Shown in pieces: positions 54,850-64,000 of a stretch of 64,000 nucleotides of DNA (positions are counted from its first letter, which is position 1; every line of letters begins with the position of its first letter). The DNA comes from Heptranchias perlo (lineage: Eukaryota), in assembly GCF_035084215.1 (NCBI RefSeq), contig NW_027139442.1, positions 1,488,001 to 1,552,000 of the forward strand. The letters are read 5' to 3'. The notes beneath the pieces were generated by a model. It did not search any database and had not been told where the DNA came from. It saw only the letters and a program-made list of their open reading frames with translations. The position numbers were made by a program, and so were the translations under genes.

Positions 54850-57800
54850 TATACAGATACAGAATGAATCTCACACTCAGATACAGTACAGAGACACACA
54901 AACACAGAATGAATCCCACACTCACATACAGTACTAGGGTTTGCCAGACACAGAGTGAATCCAACACTCAAGTATGGTACTAGAGATGTCAGATACAGAA
55001 TGTATCCCACACTGAAATACAGTACCAAGGACTGACAGATAGCAAAACCATCCCACACTCTCATAAAGCACTGGAGAATGAGAGATACAAAATAAATCCC
55101 AAACTCAAACACAGTACCTGAGATTGGCAGATACAGAATGAAGGCCACACTCACGTACAGTACCAGAGTCTGACAGAGTACAGAATGAATCTCACACTCA
55201 CACACAGCACCAGAGACTGACAGATACAGAATGAATCCCACACTCACACGCAGTACCTGAGTTTGGCAGATACAGAATAAATCCCACACTCACACACAGT
55301 ACCAGAGACTGACAGATACAGAATGAATCCCACACTCACACACAGTACCTGAGATTGGCAGATACAGAATGAATCTCACACACAGCACCAGAGACTGACA
55401 GATACAGAATGAATCCCACACTCACACACAGTACCAGAGACTGAGAGATACAGAATGAATGCCACACTCACACGCAGTACCTGAGATTGGCAGATACAGA
55501 ATTAATCTCACACTCACACACAGTACCTGAGACTGACAGATACAGAGTGAATCCCACACTCACACACAGTACCAGAGACTGACAGATACAGTATGAATCT
55601 CACACCAACATACATTATGAGAAACTGCATATATGGAAATAATTCAACACCCACACACAGTACTAGAGAATGTATATACAGAATGAATCCCACAGTCAAA
55701 TAGAGTACCAGAGAGTGACAGTTACAGCATGAATCCCACACTCACAGTCAGTACCAGAGACTGAGAGATACAAAGTGAATCTCACAGTCACCTACATTAG
55801 TGCAGGCTGAGTTACACATTACGTACCAGAGCAAAAATCTCACAGTCGCAGATCGAAAGATACCTCATCAATTCCATCAATGCTGGCTTAGTGACACATT
55901 ACATACCAGTCCAAAAATCTCATAGTGTCAGTTTTAAAGGTGCAGTATCAATTCTATTAGCGCAGACTGAGCTACATATTAGATATATTGGTAAATACTC
56001 ATGGAGTATTATACTGAAATAAACAGTATCAATACAATTGGTACAGACTGAACTACACATTACATACGAGTCCAAAAAACACATAAATGATTCGACTGGA
56101 AAATAGAGTTTCAATTCTATGAGCACTGCCTGAGCTGTACATTACATACCAGACTGGAAATCCCATAAAATATTAGACTAAAAGATGTATTATCGATTTC
56201 ATGAGTGCAGACTGAGCCACACATTATATAGCAGTCCAAGAATCTCATACCTTATCAGACTCAAAGATACAATATCAATTCCATTAGCACAGACTGAGCT
56301 ACATGTTACACACCAGTCCAAAAATCTCATACAGTTTAGACTGAGATACAGAATTAATCCCATTATTGCAGAATAAACTAAACATTACATAAGGGTCCAA
56401 TAATTTCACAGGGAACAGATTGAAAGGTACATTATCATTCACAATAAAGTTCATAGATTAAGATGTAATACTACTCCAAAACTCACACACATAGTTTGAT
56501 TAAAGAAAATTGAAAAGTGTATCCATATTAACAAATTAAATACTCGATGAAGAACTGTATATAATTTAAACTATTAAATCTACAGTTTCAAAAACGATAC
56601 TGTAAACTGAAATAAGGACACCGAATGAATCCAGACTTGCACATTGTCTCAGAGACTGAATTACAGAATGAATCCCACACTGAGATAAAGTAGCAGAGAA
56701 TGGCAGATACAGAATGAATCCCACACACACAGACAGCACTAGAGACTGACAGATACAGAATGAATCCATCACTTATATATAATACCCCTGAGACTGAGAG
56801 ATGCAGAATATTCCCCATGCTCACACTCAGTACTAGAGAATGACAGATATATAATGAATCCTACAATCACATACAGTATCCGGAACAGAATGAATCTCAC
56901 TCACGCACAGTACCAGGGACTGACAGATACAGAATGAATCTCTCACTCAAAAAGAACCAGAGACTGACGGATACAGAATGAATGTCACAGTCACATTACT
57001 GCTGACTGAGTTACACTTTACAGACCAGTCCAAAGATCTCATAGTATCAGATTTAAAGATAAAGTATAAATTCCATTAGTGCAGACTGAGCTACATATTA
57101 GATATATTGGTAAATACTCAGTATTATACAGATATAAATATTATCAATACCATTGGTGCAGACTGAGCTACACATTACATACGAGTCCAAAAATCACATC
57201 AATGATCAGACTGAAAGATATAGTTTAAATTCTTCTTGCACCGCCTGAACTAAACATTATATAACAGTCCAACAATCTCATACAATGTTAGACTGAAAGG
57301 TACAGTATCGATTTCATTAGTGCAGACTGAGCCACACATTATATAGCAATCCAAGAATCTCATACCTTATCAGACTCAAAGATACAATATCAATTCCATT
57401 AGCACAGACTGAACTACATGTTACTCACCAGTCCAAAAACTTCACACAGTATAAGACTGCTAGATACAGTATCAATTCGTTTAGTGCAGGATGAGCTACA
57501 TATTAGATATCGTGTCCAAAAATCACATGTCGTGTTAGACTCAGATACAGAATTAATCCCATTATTGCAGACTGAGCTACTCATTACATACCAGTCCAAC
57601 AATTTCACCGGGAACAGATTGAAAGGTACATTATCATTCAAAATACAGTTCAGAGATTAAGATATAATACTACTCCAAAACTCTCACACATTGTTTGAAT
57701 AAAGAAAATCGAAAAATGTATCCATATTAACAACGTAAATAATCGACGAAGAACTATATATATATAATTTAAAGCATTAAAGATACAGTTTCAAATACGA

Positions 57801-58180
57801 TACTGTAAACTGAAATAAGAACACAGAATGAATCCAGACTTGCACATTGTCTCAGAGACTGAATGACAGAATGAATCCCTCACTGAGATAAAGTAGGAGA
57901 GAATGGCAGATACAGAATGAATCCCACACTCACATACAGCACCAGAAAATGACAGATACAGAATTAATCCCACACTCACATAAAGTACCAGAGACTGAAA
58001 GATACAGAATGAATCCATCACTTATATATAGTACCTGAGACTGAAAGATGCAGAACATACCCCATGCTCACACTCAGTACCAGAGATTTACAGATACTGA
58101 ATGAATCCCAAACTCATGCACAGCCCCAGAGACTGACAATGACAGAATCAACCCCACTCTCATGTACAGTGCTAGAGACT
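54850..58180 (-). repeat. Alternating 46-bp and ~82-bp satellite blocks (unit 3)
   Basis: 46-bp blocks at 54850-55790, 56650-56990, 57850-58180; ~82-bp blocks between them. Confidence 0.87.
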
Positions 58181-59949
58181 GACATCTACTGGCCGTAAGC
58201 GAGAACTGTAACGAGGGAACAAATTCACATTAACTGTCGTGGTTACAGAAACAGGATAATGTGCAATGTGATGGAAGTTTCGGTCTGCAACTTTTACTCT
58301 CGTGTTTTTGCACTCTTTGACGGTGAAAAATGAAGACAATTGATTCATAATAAAGTTTTTGTTTCACTCATTCGATAGTTGTGAATTTACTCCATTATAT
58401 TTCACTTTACATTGCGAAGTATTTCTCGCTGATATCTCAGGATGATTTACATTGCACCTCTACCCCATTTAGACTCTTATTTTTCATGCAGTATGTGGCC
58501 TCCTTATTCCCCCGAGCGAAATGCACCACCTCACACTTTTCTATATTGAAATTCAATGGCCATTTCCACGGCCGTTCTGCAAGTTTATTTTGTCCCAGTC
58601 TTCCTCAATATTGACTATACGCCCGAAATCGATTACAAGAATTTAACACAGCATTACAAGTAGTTTTTGGTCCAAAAAAAATGTACTTGCAGCTCGTCTC
58701 CATTGCCAGTTTTTTCTAAATGCCACTCGTGCAATATAATGTGAAGAATGAGTTGATCTTCTGTCCCTCTCTCATCTGCAAACTTCAATGTCCCGGGGTT
58801 TGGGGACATCTACTGGCCGAAAGCAGAACTGCAACAGTTCGGAACAAATTGCTGAAACCGGACAATGTGCAGTGTGAGCGTGTTTGTGATTGGTGGCAGG
58901 TACTAAATCTGATTTTTTAAACCTGCCCATTAACCTTTAGTGTTTGTTATTGAACAGTAAACAGAGCCGGACAGTAAGGATATGGGGTGTTATACAAAGA
59001 GCATCTATTGCAGGCATCAGGTGAGAAGTGTGAAGGTCACATTTTAAACAGCGGCTGTTTTGTTTCGGTTGAACGGTTAGTCCCATGAGAAAGGGGAGTA
59101 GAAATCTGATATGTACAAAGGTCCCTGCCCAATCGGGTAGACCCATTCATGGATCAGTGCAGGGGTTGGGTTGTGTCTGGATGTCACAAAATTGTAAAAT
59201 TGCCCAACACACCTGGTGTGCAGAAGCTGAGTGCTGCAGTACTGCAGTGGAATCAGACACTGACACTGTTTGTATCGCTGTTTTTCCTTTGTGGATATTA
59301 CAATGATTATTAACAGAGAGATTCAATTGATCACTTTTGCTTTTTTCTACCTCACCTGTTCTTGAGTTACAAGAGACAGTTTTTTTTCCATCAGTCAATT
59401 CGTTGAAGGACCCAGAATCAGTGTGATGTTTACTCCACCCGAGGCACAAGGAGCAGTCAGTGCAGCCAGCTCCTTCTCACACACAGTATGTACATTAACA
59501 CTCAGAGCATAGAGACACAGACAGGTCATCAGTTCCACATTCTCAGATAGCAGAAATGGTCAATACCACGCTGATCCCAATCCAACAGTCAAACAGAGCA
59601 GGAGAGACAGACGGAATTTCTATTTCACAATGACTCAGTACCGCTGACTGGCAAATAAATAATTCCCAGTCCAAAATCACATCCAGTTTCAGATTGAAAG
59701 GCACTGTTTCAATTCTCACATTATTTCAGCCTTAGCTACAAATTAAATACCAGATAGAACTGACACATGGTACTGATTGATTGATACAGAGTGAATAACA
59801 ATAGTGTACTCCAAGATTAAAATTAAATACCAGCCCTCAACTCACACACATTTTGAGTTTAAATGTGCAGTATTCATGCCAATAGTGCACCCTGAGATAC
59901 AAATTAGATACCAATTCAGATGTTACCCATTTTTGATTCACATATATGT

Positions 59950-61840
59950 TCAAAAAGCTCATGGTGTCAGAATGAAATGTACAGTTTTAATTCCTTTACT
60001 GCAGATTGAGGTACACGTTAGGTACCAGTCCAAAATTCTCATACAGTATAAAACTGAAAGATATAGTATTGATTTGATTAGTACAGACTGACGTACACAT
60101 TACATACCAGTACAAAAATCTCTCACAGTATGAGACTGAAAGATGCAGTATCATCCCATTAGTGCAGACTGAGCTACACATTATATACCAGTCCAAAAAT
60201 CACATTCAGGGTCAAACTGAAAGCCACAGTATGAATTCCATTACAGCAGACTGAGCTACACATTATATACCAGTTCAAAAAACAGATTCAGGGTCATGCC
60301 GAATGATGCAGTATCAATCCCATTAGTGCAGAATGAGTTACACATTACACACCAGTCTAAATATATTCCGCAGCATCAGACTGAAAGATACAGTATCAAT
60401 TCCATTAGTGCAGACTGAGCTACACATTATATACAGTCCAAAATTCGCATGCAGTGTCGTACTGAAATATACAGTATGAATCCTATTAGTGTGGACTAAG
60501 CCACACATTACAAACCAGTCCAAAAATCTCTCTCAGTGTCTGACTGAAAGCTAGAGTTTCAATTCCATTCGTACAGACTGAACGACACAGTACATATCAG
60601 TCCAAAAATCACTTCAAGCTCATGCTGAAATGTACAGCATCAATTCCATTAGTGTTGACTGAGCCACACATTGCATACTAGAACAAAAAAAATCACAGTG
60701 TCAGATTGACAGAAAACGTATCAATTCCATCAATGCTGAATGAGCTACAAATTACATACAACCCATAAATCTCATACAGTGTCAGACTGAAAGATACTTT
60801 ATCAATTGCATTAGTGCAGGCTGAGCTACACATTATATATAGTCCAACATTTGCATAGTGTATCCTACTGAAAGATACAGTAACAATTCCTTTACTGCAA
60901 ACTGAGCTACACATTACCTACCAGTACAAAAATCACATTCTTGGCCATGCTGAAAGATACAGTATCAATCCCATTAGTGCAGACTGAGCTACACCTTACA
61001 CACCAGTCTAAATATATTACAAGGTAGCAGACTAAAAGGTACAGCATCAATTCCATTAGTGCAGACTAAGCTACACATTACATACCGGTCCAAAAACCTC
61101 ACACGGTATCGGACTGAAAGATACAGTATCATTCTTATTATAGCTGATTGAGCCCCAGTATCAATTTGATTTGTACAGACTGAGCTACACATTCCATACC
61201 AGTTCAAAAACCTCATACTTCATCTTTAAGTCAATTCCATTATAGCTGACTGAGCTACATCTTACAGACTAATCTAAATATATTACACAGAATCAGACTG
61301 AAAGATACAGTATCAATTCCATTCGCGCAGACTGAGCTGCACAAGAAATACCAGTCCAATAATTTCACAGTAAAAGATGAAATGTAAATTATCATTTACA
61401 ATAGTCTTCAGAGATTAAAGTGTAATCCTACACCAAAACTCACACACGTTGTTTGATTAAAAGAAAATCCAAAAGTGTATCCATAATTACAAATTAATGC
61501 TAGACAAAAGATTGTGCATACATTAATGAATTAAACATACAGTTTCAAGCAATATACTGTAACATGAAATAAGAATACAGAATGAATCCAGACTTGCACT
61601 TTGTCCCAGAGCCGCAGTTACAGAATGAATCCCACACTCACACGCAGTACCAGAGACTGACAAGAATAGAATGAATCCTACATTCACATAAAGCACCAGA
61701 GACTGACAGATAAAGAATAAATCCCACACACACACATACACACACACAGTACCAGAGACTGACAGACACAGAATGAATCTCACACTCACATACAGTCCCA
61801 GAAACTGACAGAGAATTAATCCCAAACTCACATACAGTCT
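59950..61840 (-). repeat. ~82-bp (59950-61400) and 46-bp (61575-61840) satellite blocks (unit 3)
   Basis: Same units as above. Confidence 0.87.
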
Positions 61841-62541
61841 GACATCTACTGGCTGTAAGGGAGAACTGTAACAGAGTGGAACAAATTCACATCATCTGTC
61901 GTTGATACAGATTCAGGACAATGTGCAATGGGAGGAAATAGTTTCTCTCTGTAACTTCTGCTCTCGTATTTCTTCATATTTTGTCAGTGAAAATGAAGAC
62001 AATTGATTCATAATAAAGTTCTTGTTTTGCTTATTCGAAAGTTGCCCCATCATATTTCACTCTACATTGCGCAATATTTCTGTCTGATTTCTCAGGACAC
62101 GATTTATATTAATTCAAATAAACAGAACTGAAACACAAATAAAAACTGAGCGCAAATCTGGAAGTTCCAATGACCGTCAAAAGTGAAAGGGATAAAACAT
62201 AGAAAAAATTAAAACCGAAAATGCTGGAAAGACTCAGCAGGTCCGGCAGCATCTGTGGAGAAGGGAAGCTCGGGTTAACGGTTCAGGTCAATGACCCTTC
62301 TATAGATCAGAAAGGTTAATCCGACATAATTTAAATAAGGAACTGGAATCTGCAGAGGGAAAAACTTCAGAAAATCAATTAATTTCACTGAATCCGGGCA
62401 ATTGTGTTCTGTATCCACTGTACAGATCAGGAGAAATAATAATAAATAGGAACAAAGTTAAATTAGACCCGTTTGTGTTTTGGAAACACGATCCCTCTGA
62501 ACATCATCAAATTTGATTCCAGTCTTTGTGTTTCTGAATTC

Positions 62542-62612
62542 AGCGTGCTGGGATTCAAACCTGTTGGAATTAACTGTTTGGAAGGCAGCTATACTCACCA
62601 TTATAGCGCCTT
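62542..62612 (-). pseudogene. Degenerate tRNA-Gly(TCC) relic (unit 3)
   Basis: Reverse complement GGCGCTATAATGGTGAGTATAGCTGCCTTCCAAACAGTT...GGTTTGAATCCCAGC. Confidence 0.75.
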
Positions 62613-64000
62613 ATTTCACGAGGAGAGAGAAGTAGAGTGTTTCTGTGGAGTTTCACACTGAATTGCGCCCTTTGGTTTTTTGGTACTTTAATCACAGACA
62701 ATAAATAGTTCCCAAACATCAGCCCCTGAACAGACACAACAAGCTGGTGGAATTTCTCATTCATAGATATTAACTAAAAGGATGACAAAAGCAAATAGGA
62801 AGAGGTTAGGAAGAAGTCACAAAAACAATTAGGGAAGAAAACAGGAACCACGAAATCAAATTATCAAGGAATATGAAAAGAAATAATAAATTATTCGACA
62901 GACACAAAAATAACAAAATGAAAATCAGAATAGTTTGAGTGCCACTGAGGGATGCACAAGATAAACTAACAGGTAACGTCAGCGAAATAGCAGAAATATT
63001 GAATTGTTACTTTGCTCATATTTACCCGGGAGTTTAACAGGGTGAACATAATATTAAAGGAAGAGGTCAATAAAGATATCAAGACATTTAAGTTAGAAAG
63101 GGTGGTTAAACTGGTCCTGATGGATTGTATCCGTGCATATTAAATGAAGCAAGGGAAGAGATAGCAGAGGCACTGTTACATATATAGACAAAATCATCAC
63201 ATAGTGGAATAGTGCCAAAGGACTGGATGACAGCTAATGGGATTGTTATATTTTAAAACAGGAGATAGAACAAGTGCAGGGAACTATAGACCAGTTAACG
63301 AAAGGTCGGTGGTGGGGATGATCATGGAATCCTTCACTCAATGATGCAGTCGATAAACATCTAGAAACCGAAAATATAATAAGGAATAGTCAGCACGGAT
63401 TTCAAAAAGGGAAGGTTTAATAGTTTGACAGAAGGTTTGACAGTTTAATTTACAGTTCAACAGAACTTATCTCCTTTTCAATTCTGTTCCTTTAGAAATA
63501 AACCTCTGTGTTTGTTTTCTATGACATTGTCAACCTGTGTTGCCACTTTAATGATTTGTCAATCTGTACCCCTAAATTCCTTTGCTCTTCGACCCCATTT
63601 AGACTCTTGTTTTCAAAGCAGTGTGTGGCCTCCTTATTCCCCCGAGCAAAATGCACCACGTCACAACTTTCTATATGGAAATTCAATGGCCATTTACACC
63701 GCCTTTCAGCAAGTTTATTAAAAGTCTTCTTGAATTTTGTTTGATTCTTCCTCAATATAGGCTATACCCACTAAATAATTACAAGCATTTCACACGACAT
63801 TACAACAAATGTTTGCTCCAACAAAATGTTCTCCATTCCCAGTTTCTCTGAATCCCACTCGTGCAACATAATGTGAAGAATGAGTTTATCTTCTGTCCCT
63901 CTCTCAACTGCAAACTTCAATGTCAGGGGTTTGGGGACATCTACTGGCCGGAAGCAGAACTGCAACAGTTCGGAACAAATTGCTGAAACCGGACAATGTG

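Larger units (their letters stand above)
52100..64000 (-). repeat. Third copy of the histone-unit spacer, direct repeat of about 35150-44990
   Basis: Same module order (NRF1 module, satellites, CTCF-like sites, tRNA relic, CR1 pair). 63850-64000 matches 44840-44990. Confidence 0.9.

Overview
Vertebrate genomic DNA, probably from a cartilaginous fish (inferred from the CR1/Tx1/L2/Penelope repeat content and the style of KRAB-less C2H2 zinc-finger gene). It holds a replication-dependent histone gene array. One quintet H1(+) H4(+) H3(+) H2A(-) H2B(-) lies at 0.4-6 kb, with an inverted copy at 45-51 kb. Each quintet is attached to a 10-13 kb satellite-rich spacer. A third spacer copy at 52-64 kb ends just before an expected H2B. 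The 16 kb between the inverted arms is mostly single-copy and contains a 13-finger C2H2 ZNF gene, a decayed Buster/Charlie hAT transposase, an intact tRNA-Gly(TCC), an H2A pseudogene flanked by CR1 sequence, LINE fragments and several minisatellites. The most striking feature is in the second H4, which is disrupted by a 234-bp insertion with a 12-bp target-site duplication. The insert is a perfect 201-bp palindrome carrying two opposed minimal hammerhead-ribozyme motifs plus a 34-nt tail, as expected of a Penelope-like element. Also notable are templated insertions, CTCF-like sites made convergent by the inversion, promoter decay that differs between copies, and a minisatellite expanded in only one unit. 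All calls are by eye; the ends of repeats are approximate.
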